A stretch of DNA of 64,000 bases. It comes from Methylotenera sp. (GTDB taxonomy: Bacteria > Pseudomonadota > Gammaproteobacteria > Burkholderiales > Burkholderiaceae_C). The stretch is taken from NCBI GenBank assembly GCA_021738245.1, contig JAIPCJ010000001.1, positions 11,504-75,503 of the forward strand, read 5' to 3'. A program made the translations under genes and the position numbers. Below the pieces are notes generated by a model that saw nothing but the letters and a program-made list of their open reading frames with translations, had not been told where the DNA came from and did no database searches. This document shows, piece by piece, positions 10,179 to 19,260 of this stretch. Positions within the stretch are counted from its first letter, which is position 1; each line of letters opens with the position of its first letter.

Positions 10179-13178
10179 TCAGTAGGTGAAGCTGGCCTGC
10201 ACGCTGTAGCGACGGCCGGTGTACTCCACGGAACGGGTCATGAAGCCGATCTGTTGTTGCATCAGCTGGCGCGGCAGGCTGTTGCTCAGATTCTGGCCTT
10301 CCAGGCTGACGCTGAAGTGGTCGTTCACGCGGTAGGTGATGCCGCCGTCGAGCTGGCCGTAGGACGACTGCCAGGTGGGCAGCGCCCACGCGACCGAGGT
10401 GCCATCGGCGAGGCGGCCGTCACTGCCGTTGGTGCCATTGACGTTGACACCCTGCAGGTAGCGCGAGCGCCAGCTGTAGGCCAGGCGTGCCGAGATGGGA
10501 CCGTAGTCGTACAGCGCGGCCAGGTTGTAGGCGTTCTTGGACAGGTTCAGCAGCGGCAGGTTGCCGAAGGTCTTGCCGTCGGTGTCGCAGCCGTTGGTGT
10601 TCAGGTTGAGGTTGTCCGCGCTGGTGCTGGTGCCGGCGCAGTAGGCATTCAGGACCGGGTTGTAGGGCTTGGTCTTGCTGTCGACGTAGGTGTAGTTGGC
10701 CTGAATGCCGAAGCCCGAGAGCCAGCCGGGCAGCATGTCGAGGTAGCGCTGGAACGCGATCTCCAGGCCGCGGGCGTGGCCCTTGGCGCCGTTGACCGGC
10801 GAGGTGACCGTGAAGTTCACCGGCTTGCCGGCACCATCCAGCAGCTGCACGGTGGACGACTGCTTGATGATGATGTCCTTGAGCTCCTTGTCGAACAGCG
10901 CGACGGTGAGCGAGCCGCTCTTGGAGAAGTACCACTCACCGGTCAGGTCCAGCTGGTTGGACTTAACGGGCTTGAGCAGCGGATTGCCGTTGGCCTTGCC
11001 GGTGAGGGCCACGTTGTCGATGACGACCGTGTTGCCGGTGGTGTGCTGCGTGGTGTCCAGTGACAGCTCGGTATAGGCCTGCATGTCGGAGAAGTCCGGG
11101 CGCGAGATGGCCTGGGCCAATGCCGCGCGGAACTGCACCTGCTCGTTGACCTTCATGCGCAGGTTCAGGCTGGGCAGCACATGGGTGTAGACCTGGCCCG
11201 CATCGAGTGCCTTGGAGAACGGCGTCACATTCGGGATGGGCACGCCCCCCAGACTCTGGCCGGCTTGCAGCGTGGGCGCGTTGCTCTTGAAGGTCATGTA
11301 GCCCTTGGCCGCCATGTCGGTGCGCACCAGGCGCAAGCCGACATTGCCATCCACGGGCATGGGCAGGTCGTCGAAGCCGAAGCGCAACTGGGCGTAGCCG
11401 GCCTGGGTCTTCTCGTGCTGCTCGTTGGTGCCCTGCGGATCGACGCCGAAGGTGGCCGGCTTCCAGGCGTCGCAGCTGCCCCAGCCCTGCGCGGCCACCT
11501 GCTCGGCACACAGGATGTCGTGGTACTTGTGCAGGGCGGCGTAGCTGTCGGGGTAGCCCTTGGCGAGCGACACGTCCGGCACATAGATCGCCGGCACGTT
11601 CTGGCCGCCGAAGAAGTTGTTGAACTGGTGCAGCTGCACCGGCGCATTGAAGCGCGGGTCGTTCAGGCGCGCCAGGCCCGAGATGTTCCAGCCCTGCTGC
11701 CAGGTCTGCGTGATGGCCTGCCAGTTGTAGCTGGGGTTGGAGTTGACCGTGGTGGCGTCGCGCTCGGTCAGGCGGATGCCGAACTGCAGGTCTTGCAGCA
11801 CCGGGTGGTCGAAGTTGACCTTGGCATCGGTGCGCCAGGCCTTCTGCTCGGCCGTGCTGCGATCCAGATGCTCCATCGTGAAGGCCCAGTAGTAGTTGGC
11901 CTTGTTGGACAGCGCTGCGAGGTCGGAGGCGTCGAACACCACGCGCGGGGTGGAGCCGCTCAGGTCCAGCGTCTCCTTGGGCATCTGCAGGCCGGTGGCC
12001 ACGGTCGAGTCGAAGGCGTTCGTCTTGGACTTGACCACCTGCAGGTCCGTGCTGACCGTCCAGCGGTTGTTGAGCTTCCACTTCAGGTTCCAGCCCAGGT
12101 CGCGCGTCTTGGAGTTGCGCGTCATGTAGCGCGTGTCGGCGCCGAAGTTCACGCCGCCGTCCGCGGGCGAGGTCAGCGTGCCGGTCAGCAGCTGGCCGTT
12201 GGCACCGAAGGTGGCACCGTTGCCGATGACGAGGTTCCAGGGGTTGGTCTGCGAGAAGAGCGCGTTCTCGTCCCAGTGCATCTTGTACTTGGACTCGAAG
12301 TAGGTGAGCGAGCTCTCGATCGCATCGTTGCGGTACTGCAGCGCGCCGTACAGGCCGTCACGGGTGCGATCGAAGTAGGAGTCGCGCCACTGCGCACCCT
12401 TGGGCACCCAGTGCGTGCCGTCGATCTTGTAGTACGGCTCGACCTGCCACTTGTCGGTGCGGGTGTTGCTCACGCTGTGGGCCAGGCTCAGCAGGGCACC
12501 GAACTCGCCGGCATCCGTCTTCCAGCGGTTGGAGGCCAGCACAGAGCCGGCGGGGCTCCACTTGCCTTCCACGGCGTTGTAGTTGCCACTGACCGAGCCG
12601 CCGAGGCGCACGCCCGCGTAGTCGAACGGCAAGGCGGTGCGCAGGTTCACGAGGCCGCCGACGGCGCCTTCGATCTGCACGGCCGACGGGTTCTTGTAGA
12701 CGTCCACGGCGGCCATGAGCTCGGGCGGCACGTCCTCGAAGTTCAGCGAACGCCCGCCGTTGGCCGAGAAGGTGTCGCGGCCGTTCACTTCCGAGCGCAC
12801 GTAGGACAGGCCGCGGATGTTGACGCTGGAGCCTTCCACGGAGGAGTGCTCCGGGTCGCCCTTGGCCATGGTGCGGTCGATGGTGATGCCGACGATGCGC
12901 TGCAGCACTTCGGTCACCGAGCGGTCGGGCAGCTTGCCGATGTCGTCGGCCACGATGGAGTCGACGACTTCGTCGGAGTCCTGCTTGATCTTCTGGGCCG
13001 ACTGCAGCGCCGCACGGCGGCCGCTGACGGTCACGGTCTCCACCTTCTGCACCTTGGCATCCGGGGCGGAGGCAGGTGCCGCGGGGGCGGGGGCGGTCTG
13101 GGCCAGGGCGAAGCCGCTGCAGAGCAGGGCGGCCTGGGCTGCGGCCAGCGATACGGCCGTGCGTTGAAGTCTTTTCAC
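10179..13178 (-). CDS. TonB-dependent receptor (carbohydrate-uptake type)
   Basis: TonB box ETVTVSG; plug DSIVADDIGKLPDRSVTEVLQRIVG; 999 aa; signal peptide; aromatic C-terminal residue. Confidence 0.95.
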   Translation of the reverse strand: MKRLQRTAVSLAAAQAALLCSGFALAQTAPAPAAPASAPDAKVQKVETVTVSGRRAALQSAQKIKQDSDEVVDSIVADDIGKLPDRSVTEVLQRIVGITIDRTMAKGDPEHSSVEGSSVNIRGLSYVRSEVNGRDTFSANGGRSLNFEDVPPELMAAVDVYKNPSAVQIEGAVGGLVNLRTALPFDYAGVRLGGSVSGNYNAVEGKWSPAGSVLASNRWKTDAGEFGALLSLAHSVSNTRTDKWQVEPYYKIDGTHWVPKGAQWRDSYFDRTRDGLYGALQYRNDAIESSLTYFESKYKMHWDENALFSQTNPWNLVIGNGATFGANGQLLTGTLTSPADGGVNFGADTRYMTRNSKTRDLGWNLKWKLNNRWTVSTDLQVVKSKTNAFDSTVATGLQMPKETLDLSGSTPRVVFDASDLAALSNKANYYWAFTMEHLDRSTAEQKAWRTDAKVNFDHPVLQDLQFGIRLTERDATTVNSNPSYNWQAITQTWQQGWNISGLARLNDPRFNAPVQLHQFNNFFGGQNVPAIYVPDVSLAKGYPDSYAALHKYHDILCAEQVAAQGWGSCDAWKPATFGVDPQGTNEQHEKTQAGYAQLRFGFDDLPMPVDGNVGLRLVRTDMAAKGYMTFKSNAPTLQAGQSLGGVPIPNVTPFSKALDAGQVYTHVLPSLNLRMKVNEQVQFRAALAQAISRPDFSDMQAYTELSLDTTQHTTGNTVVIDNVALTGKANGNPLLKPVKSNQLDLTGEWYFSKSGSLTVALFDKELKDIIIKQSSTVQLLDGAGKPVNFTVTSPVNGAKGHARGLEIAFQRYLDMLPGWLSGFGIQANYTYVDSKTKPYNPVLNAYCAGTSTSADNLNLNTNGCDTDGKTFGNLPLLNLSKNAYNLAALYDYGPISARLAYSWRSRYLQGVNVNGTNGSDGRLADGTSVAWALPTWQSSYGQLDGGITYRVNDHFSVSLEGQNLSNSLPRQLMQQQIGFMTRSVEYTGRRYSVQASFTY

Positions 13179-13333
13179 GATGTCTCCTCGTTGTGTCTCT
13201 CTGTCGGGACTGCGGGTTCGGCGGTCAGGGGTTCAACATCGCCGCGGCCGAGCCGGGCGGTGATGAAGGGCGGAGGTCTTCGTCATCGATCAGCCCTGGG
13301 GTCGTGGTGTGTTGGTGGAGGTGCTGCGGCGCG

Positions 13334-14650
13334 TCAGGCGCAGTAGCGGTTGAACAGGTTCTCCAGCACTTCCTGGCGGCCGGAGACGGGGGCGATGTCG
13401 GTGTTGCGCTCGAGCACCTCGTCGGCGAGCTCGGACAGGCTGCGGCGGCCTTGCAGGATGGCCTGGCCCGGCTCGGCGTCCCAGCCGGCGTAGCGCTGGT
13501 CGACGGCCGCCTCGAGGCGGCCGTCCTCGATCATCTTTTCGGCCACGAGCAGGGCCTGCGCACAGACGTCCATGCCGCCGATGTGACCGTGGAAGAGGTC
13601 GGCGGCGTCAATGCTCTGGCGGCGTACCTTGGCGTCGAAGTTCAGGCCGCCCGAGCCCAGGCCGCCGGCCTGCAGCACGTGGTACAGCGCCATGGCTGTC
13701 TCGGGCACGTTGTTGGGGAACTGGTCGGTGTCCCACCCCAGCTGCGGGTCGCCGCGGTTCATGTCCAGGCTGCCGAGGATGCCGAGGGCGCCGGCCGTGG
13801 CGATCTCATGCTCGAAGCTGTGGCCCGACAACGTGGCGTGGTTGGCCTCGATGTTGACCTTGACTTCCTTCTCCAGGCCGTAGCGCACGAGGAAGCCGTA
13901 GACCGTGGCCGTGTCGAAGTCGTACTGGTGCTTGGACGGCTCGCGCGGCTTGGGCTCGATGAGGAGGGTGCCCTTGAAGCCGATCTTGTGCTTGTGGTCG
14001 ACGACCATGTTGAGGAAGCGGCCGAGCTGGTCCAGCTCCTGGCCCAGGCGGGTGTTCAGCAGTGTCTCGTAGCCTTCGCGGCCACCCCAGAGCACGTAGT
14101 TCTCGCCGCCGAGTTGCTTCGTGGCATCCAGTGCGTCGCGCACCTGCAGCGCGGCCATCTTGAAGATCTCGGGGTCGGGGTTGCTCGCCGCGCCGGACAT
14201 GAAGCGCCGGTGGCTGAACAGGTTGGCCGTGCCCCAGAGCAGCTTCACGCCGGTGGCCTGCTGCTTCTCGGCGAGCACGTCGACGATGCGGTGGAAGTTG
14301 TCCTGGCTCTCGCGGGGCGTCGCGCCCTCGGGGGCGACGTCACGGTCGTGGAAGCAGTAATAGGGCACGCCGAGCTTGTGGAAGAACTCGAAGGCCGCGT
14401 CGGCCTTGAGCCGGGCGAGTTCCATCGGGCTGCCGCCCTGGAACCAGGGGCGCTCGAAGGTGGCGCCGCCGAAGGGGTCCAGCCCATTCCAGACGAAGTT
14501 GTGCCAGTAGCAGGCGGCAAAGCGCAGGTGGTCTTCCATGCGCTTGCCCAGCACGAGGCGGTCTTTGTCGTAGTGCTTGAACGACAGCTCGTTGTCGCTG
14601 TCGGCGCCCTCGAAGCGGATGGGCGGGATGTGTTGGAAGTAGGCAGTCAT
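13334..14650 (-). CDS. xylA: xylose isomerase (class II)
   Basis: [35 protein letters not shown] and GWDTDQF motifs. Confidence 0.97.
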   Translation of the reverse strand: MTAYFQHIPPIRFEGADSDNELSFKHYDKDRLVLGKRMEDHLRFAACYWHNFVWNGLDPFGGATFERPWFQGGSPMELARLKADAAFEFFHKLGVPYYCFHDRDVAPEGATPRESQDNFHRIVDVLAEKQQATGVKLLWGTANLFSHRRFMSGAASNPDPEIFKMAALQVRDALDATKQLGGENYVLWGGREGYETLLNTRLGQELDQLGRFLNMVVDHKHKIGFKGTLLIEPKPREPSKHQYDFDTATVYGFLVRYGLEKEVKVNIEANHATLSGHSFEHEIATAGALGILGSLDMNRGDPQLGWDTDQFPNNVPETAMALYHVLQAGGLGSGGLNFDAKVRRQSIDAADLFHGHIGGMDVCAQALLVAEKMIEDGRLEAAVDQRYAGWDAEPGQAILQGRRSLSELADEVLERNTDIAPVSGRQEVLENLFNRYCA

Positions 14651-14652
14651 GG

Positions 14653-16113
14653 TCAGGCACCGCGAAGACGGCGGTAAAGGTCACGGAAGCGCGCCAGGCG
14701 CGGGGCCAGGCGGGCATGGCGTCGGGGATCGGGCGAGAACAGGGCGGCCACGGGCGGGCGGGTGCAGACGGTGTCGACGGCGCCGCCACAGGCCAGCCCG
14801 CCGAGCTGTGCGGCACCCAGGGCGCCGCCGGCTTCACTGCCGGCGTGCAGCACGATGTCCACCTGCAGGACATCGGCGATCAGCTGCGCCCAGAAGTGGC
14901 TGCGCGAGCCGCCGCCCACGAGCGAGAGCTGGTGCACCTGGGTGCCGGCAGCGCGCAGCGCGTCCAGCCCGTCGGCCAGGCCGAAGGCGACGCCTTCGAG
15001 CACGGCATAGGTGCAGTCGGCGCGCGTGGTCTGCATCGTCAGGCCGTGGAAGACGCCGGGCGCGAAGGGGTCGTTGTGCGGGGTGCGCTCGCCGGCGAGG
15101 TAGGGCAGGAAGAGCGGCGCGCCGGTCTCGCGGATGACTGCGCTGTCATCGCGCGTCAATTCGGCCAGCAGCGCGGCTTCATCGTGGCCCACGAGCTGAC
15201 TGAACCACTTGAAGCAACTCGCTGCCGAGAGCATCACGCTCATCTGGTGCCAGCGGGTGGGCAGTGCATGGCAGAAGGCGTGCACCGCCGAGGCGGGGTT
15301 GGGCGAGAAGCGGTCGTTGACGACGAACAGCACGCCCGAGGTGCCCAGCGAGATGAAGCCGTCACCCGGCTCGGTGGCACCGATGCCGATGGCGCTGGCC
15401 GCGTTGTCGCCCGCGCCACCGGCCACCACCACCTCGGGGCCCAGGCCCCAGGCGCGGGCCAGCTCGGGCTTGAGCACGCCACTGGCCTGGTTGCTTTCCA
15501 CCAGGCGCGGCATCTGCGCGCGGGCCAGACCGCAGGCAGCCAGCAGCTCATCGGACCAGTCGCGGCGTGCAACATCCAGCCACAGCGTGCCGGCGGCGTC
15601 CGACGGGTCGGAGACCTTGTCCCCGGTGAGCTGCAGGCGCAGCCAGTCCTTGGGCAACAGCACGCTGGCAACGCGGGCGAAGGTTTCAGGCTCGTGCTGC
15701 TTCACCCACAGCAGCTTCGGCGCGGTGAAGCCGGGCATGGCGAGGTTGCCGGCGATGGCGTGCAACCGCGGCACGGCGGCCGTGAGCTGCTCGCATTGCG
15801 CATGGCTGCGGCCGTCGTTCCAGAGGATGGCGGGGCGCAGGATGGCATCGCTGTCATCGAGCAACACGGCGCCGTGCATCTGGCCTGACAGGCCGATGCC
15901 GCGCACTGCCGCGAAGGCGGCCGGGTGGGCCGCGCGCAATTGCTGGACAGCAGCCTGCGTGGCCTGCCACCAGTCGTCAGGGTGCTGCTCGGACCACAGC
16001 GGCTGCGGGCTCGACAGCGACAGGGCGGCGCCGGCCGTGCCCACGATGTGGCCACTGCCGTCGAGCAGCAGCAGCTTGACTTCGGACGTGCCGAGATCGA
16101 TGCCGAGGAACAT
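14653..16113 (-). CDS. xylB: xylulokinase
   Basis: [25 protein letters not shown] and PYLAGERTP motifs; adjacent to xylA. Confidence 0.96.
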   Translation of the reverse strand: MFLGIDLGTSEVKLLLLDGSGHIVGTAGAALSLSSPQPLWSEQHPDDWWQATQAAVQQLRAAHPAAFAAVRGIGLSGQMHGAVLLDDSDAILRPAILWNDGRSHAQCEQLTAAVPRLHAIAGNLAMPGFTAPKLLWVKQHEPETFARVASVLLPKDWLRLQLTGDKVSDPSDAAGTLWLDVARRDWSDELLAACGLARAQMPRLVESNQASGVLKPELARAWGLGPEVVVAGGAGDNAASAIGIGATEPGDGFISLGTSGVLFVVNDRFSPNPASAVHAFCHALPTRWHQMSVMLSAASCFKWFSQLVGHDEAALLAELTRDDSAVIRETGAPLFLPYLAGERTPHNDPFAPGVFHGLTMQTTRADCTYAVLEGVAFGLADGLDALRAAGTQVHQLSLVGGGSRSHFWAQLIADVLQVDIVLHAGSEAGGALGAAQLGGLACGGAVDTVCTRPPVAALFSPDPRRHARLAPRLARFRDLYRRLRGA

Positions 16114-17345
16114 CAGAGCGTCTCCTCCACCTCGGCAGCCACGACGCTGGTGTCGGCCAGCGGCAGGGCGGGGCGGGTGAGCCGGTAGCGGGCCAGTGCG
16201 GCGGCGCCCACGGCGACCGCATTGGCACCGAAGCGGGAGATGCGCACGCTGGGCGGGGGCAGGCTGGCGGCGGCGGCGTAGTCGAGCAGGGTGTCCAGGG
16301 CCGGCTTCAGGAAGGGTTCGCCCAGCTCCACGACCGAGCCGCCGAGCACGATGGCGGCCGGGTCGTAGGCGGTGGCGAGGTTTTGCAGCAGCACGCCGAG
16401 GTAGCGGCCGGCCGAGGCCACGGCCTTGACGGTTTCGGCGTCTTCGTCCACCAGGTGGGCGCGCACCTCACCGAGGGAGCGCAGCGCCGCGTCCTCACCG
16501 CTGCCGTGCAGCATGGCGCGGGTGGCGATCAACGCCTCGGCGCAGCCGCGCCGGCCGCAGGAGCAGCGCGGGCCGCTCAGCTGCAGCACCATGTGGCCCA
16601 CTTCGCCGGCAAAGCCGCGGCTGCCGGTGAGCAGCCGGTCGCCGACGATCACGCCCGCACCCAGGCCCTGGTTGATGGACACATACAGCAGCGGGTCGGA
16701 CGCGGGCGAGGGGTTGAATTCCATCTCGCCCAGGGCCGCCACATCGGCTTCGTTCTGCAGGAACAGAGGCACGCCGTCGAGCGGGCCGCCCTGGAGCTTT
16801 TCGCCGAGCAGCTCGCCGAAGGGGATGTCACGCCAGCCGAGGTTGGGTGCGAAGTGCAGCACGCCGCGCGCCTCGTTCACGCCGCCCGGCAGGCCCACGC
16901 CGATGCCCAGCACCTGCTGCTCGCTGTTCAACTGCTTGCGCAGCTTGAGCAGGGCCGTGGCCAGGATGGTGATGCAGGCGCGCACCGTGCGGCTGGCGCC
17001 ATAGTTGGCCACCGCGCAGGCCTTGACCTCGCCCGTCAGCGAGGTCGCCACGACGCGTACCGATTCCACGCCCACTTCGGCGCCCAGCAGCAGCAGGCGG
17101 TCGGGGTCGATGAAAAGCGGCGTGGGGCGGCGGCCCAGGTCGCCGGTGGCGACGACTTCGCGCCCCACCAGCCAGCCTTCGCCGATCAGCTCGCGCACCA
17201 GGCCGCTGACGGTGGACTTGGTCAGGCCCACGGCACCGGCGAGGTCCGCCCGCGACAGCCCCGGGTTGGCACACAGATGCCGCACCAGCGCCATGCGATT
17301 GATGACCTTGAGCAGCTGCTGGCTGCCGGCGGTTTCGGCCTGCAT
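16113..17345 (-). CDS. xylR: ROK-family transcriptional regulator (XylR-like)
   Basis: N-terminal HTH (SRADLAGAVGLTKSTVS), GEVGHM and CSCGRRGCAE zinc motif; stop overlaps xylB start (TGATG); AGGAGA RBS. Confidence 0.88.
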   Translation of the reverse strand: MQAETAGSQQLLKVINRMALVRHLCANPGLSRADLAGAVGLTKSTVSGLVRELIGEGWLVGREVVATGDLGRRPTPLFIDPDRLLLLGAEVGVESVRVVATSLTGEVKACAVANYGASRTVRACITILATALLKLRKQLNSEQQVLGIGVGLPGGVNEARGVLHFAPNLGWRDIPFGELLGEKLQGGPLDGVPLFLQNEADVAALGEMEFNPSPASDPLLYVSINQGLGAGVIVGDRLLTGSRGFAGEVGHMVLQLSGPRCSCGRRGCAEALIATRAMLHGSGEDAALRSLGEVRAHLVDEDAETVKAVASAGRYLGVLLQNLATAYDPAAIVLGGSVVELGEPFLKPALDTLLDYAAAASLPPPSVRISRFGANAVAVGAAALARYRLTRPALPLADTSVVAAEVEETL

Positions 17346-17391
17346 GTGTCTCCTGTTGTCGTGGGTGCCATGACGGCTTTGTGAACTCATA

Positions 17392-17414
17392 TTAGTTCGA
17401 CCAATGAACGAAGT
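17392..17414. promoter_or_regulatory. candidate XylR (ROK) operator in the divergent promoter
   Basis: AT-rich imperfect palindrome TTAGTTCGACCAATGAACGAAGT, resembling TTAGTT-N-AACTAA XylR boxes, between xylR and the halogenase. Confidence 0.5.
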
Positions 17415-17537
17415 AAATAGGGTGAAAGCACCTATCCGGCGCAGCCATGCCTCACCGAAGATCGCGCCGCGGCGCACCCTGCCATGTTTTGGGGCGCCGA
17501 GATCCAGACCTGCACCACGCCTGCCCACGCCCACGCC

Positions 17538-19061
17538 ATGTCTGACCCGTCCATCCGCAAGATCGTCATCGTCGGCGGCGGCACTGCCGGCTGGATGACG
17601 GCGGCACCGCTGGCGCAGCGCTTTCATCAGGCCGGGCCGCACGGCTGCGAGGTCGTGCTGGTCGAGTCGCCTGACATCGGCACCATCGGCGTCGGTGAGG
17701 CCACGCTGCCGCCCATCCGGGCCTACAACCGAACCCTGGGCCTGGATGGCGCCGACTTCGTGCGGCGCACGCAAGGCAGCTTCAAGCTCGGCATCGAGTT
17801 CCGCGACTGGGGCCGCATCGGCCATCGCTTCTTCCATGGCTTCGGCGATTTCGGCCCCGCCATCGAGAACCGCTCGCCCTGGCAGCACTGGCTGCGGCTG
17901 TCGCGCATCGTCGACGGCCTGCCGGGGTACGAGGATTGGTCCACGTCCACCGTCATGGCGCGGGGCCATCGCTTCACGCCGCCGGTGGAGGGGCCGCCGT
18001 CGGCCGCCAACGCCTATTCCTTCGCCTATCACTTCGACGCTGGCCTGTACGCGGCCTATCTGCGGGAGTACGCGCTGGCCCGCGGTGCGCAGCGCGTCGA
18101 GGGCCTGATCGTCGACGTCGAGCTGCGCCCCGAGGACGGCTTTGTCAGCGCCGTCCGGCTGGCGGACGGCCGGCGCATCGAGGGCGACCTCTTCATCGAC
18201 TGCTCGGGCTTTCGCGCCCTGCTCATCGGCAGCGCGATGCAAAGCCCCTTCGAGGATTGGAGCGCGCTGCTGCCCTGCAACAGCGCCCAGGCCGTGCCGA
18301 GCGCGCGCGCGGAGCCGCTCACGCCCTACACCACCTCCACCGCCAAGGCCGCCGGCTGGCAATGGCGCATTCCGCTGCAGCACCGCACAGGCAACGGCCA
18401 TGTGTACTGCAGCCACTTCATCAGCGACGACGAAGCCAGCGCCACCCTGCTGGCGGGGCTGGACAGCCCAGCGCTGGACACCCCGCGCCAATTGCGCTTC
18501 ACCACCGGCCGGCGCAAGGCGGGCTGGGTCAAGAACGTGGTGGCCATCGGGCTGGCGGGGGGCTTCCTGGAGCCGCTGGAGTCCACCAGCATCCAGCTCA
18601 TCATGGACGGTGTCGGCCGGCTGCTGCAGTTCTTCCCCGACCGCAGCTTCAAGCCGCATCTGGCCGCCGAGTTCAACCGCCGCATGAGCGTGCAGTACGA
18701 GTCCATCCGCGACTTCATCGTGCTGCATTACAAGCTGACCGAGCGGCGCGACTCAGAGCTGTGGCGCTACTGCGCCGCCATGCCCATCCCCGACACGCTG
18801 GCCCACCAGATCGAGCTCTTCCGCGAGGCCGGCCGCGTGGCCATCCTCGACCCGGAGAGTTTTGCGGAGCCCTCGTGGGTGTCGTTGTTCCTCGGCCTGG
18901 GCCTGGTGCCCCAGCGCTACGACCCCTTCGTCGACCACATCGACCCCGAGGCCCTGCTGCAGCACTTCGCCCGGCTGCGCCAGGCCATTGCGCAGACGGC
19001 CGCCGGCATGCCGCTGCATGCCGACTACATCCCCCCGCACTGCCTGGCGCCGAGCGTTTGA
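17538..19061 (+). CDS. flavin-dependent halogenase, tryptophan-halogenase (PrnA/RebH) family, copy 1
   Basis: GGGTAG FAD motif, IGVGEATLP, catalytic Lys in SFKLGI, WQWRIP and catalytic Glu in GFLEPLES. Confidence 0.92.
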   Translation: MSDPSIRKIVIVGGGTAGWMTAAPLAQRFHQAGPHGCEVVLVESPDIGTIGVGEATLPPIRAYNRTLGLDGADFVRRTQGSFKLGIEFRDWGRIGHRFFHGFGDFGPAIENRSPWQHWLRLSRIVDGLPGYEDWSTSTVMARGHRFTPPVEGPPSAANAYSFAYHFDAGLYAAYLREYALARGAQRVEGLIVDVELRPEDGFVSAVRLADGRRIEGDLFIDCSGFRALLIGSAMQSPFEDWSALLPCNSAQAVPSARAEPLTPYTTSTAKAAGWQWRIPLQHRTGNGHVYCSHFISDDEASATLLAGLDSPALDTPRQLRFTTGRRKAGWVKNVVAIGLAGGFLEPLESTSIQLIMDGVGRLLQFFPDRSFKPHLAAEFNRRMSVQYESIRDFIVLHYKLTERRDSELWRYCAAMPIPDTLAHQIELFREAGRVAILDPESFAEPSWVSLFLGLGLVPQRYDPFVDHIDPEALLQHFARLRQAIAQTAAGMPLHADYIPPHCLAPSV

Positions 19062-19075
19062 CATGAAATCCCACG

Positions 19076-19155
19076 AACAAAGCCACAGAGGCACAGAGAC
19101 ACGGAGGAGAACAGCGCATGGCCTCTCCGTGCCTCGGTGTCTCTGTGGCTGTGTT
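19076..19155. repeat. CACAGAG-type palindromic repeat, copy 2
   Basis: Arms AACAAAGCCACAGAG and CTCTGTGGCTGTGTT plus inner imperfect pairing, just after the halogenase stop. Confidence 0.85.
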
Positions 19156-19260
19156 TGCCACCGGTGATGAGGCCGACTGCCGGACTCGACACCGACACGA
19201 ACAACGCCGTGCAGGCCTTCTCCAAGCCTGCTCGACCACGGAGACAACAAGGACCGATTC

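Noticed and set aside
5516-10189. 1557-aa plus-strand ORF, and similar long antisense ORFs (e.g. 32818-36012, 11181-13346, 18715-21468)
   Set aside because: Shadow frames opposite well-supported genes in high-GC DNA; no recognisable motifs.
16113-18728. 871-aa ORF as a fused regulator
   Set aside because: The ROK protein starts at 17345 with a clear RBS; the extension is antisense to the halogenase.
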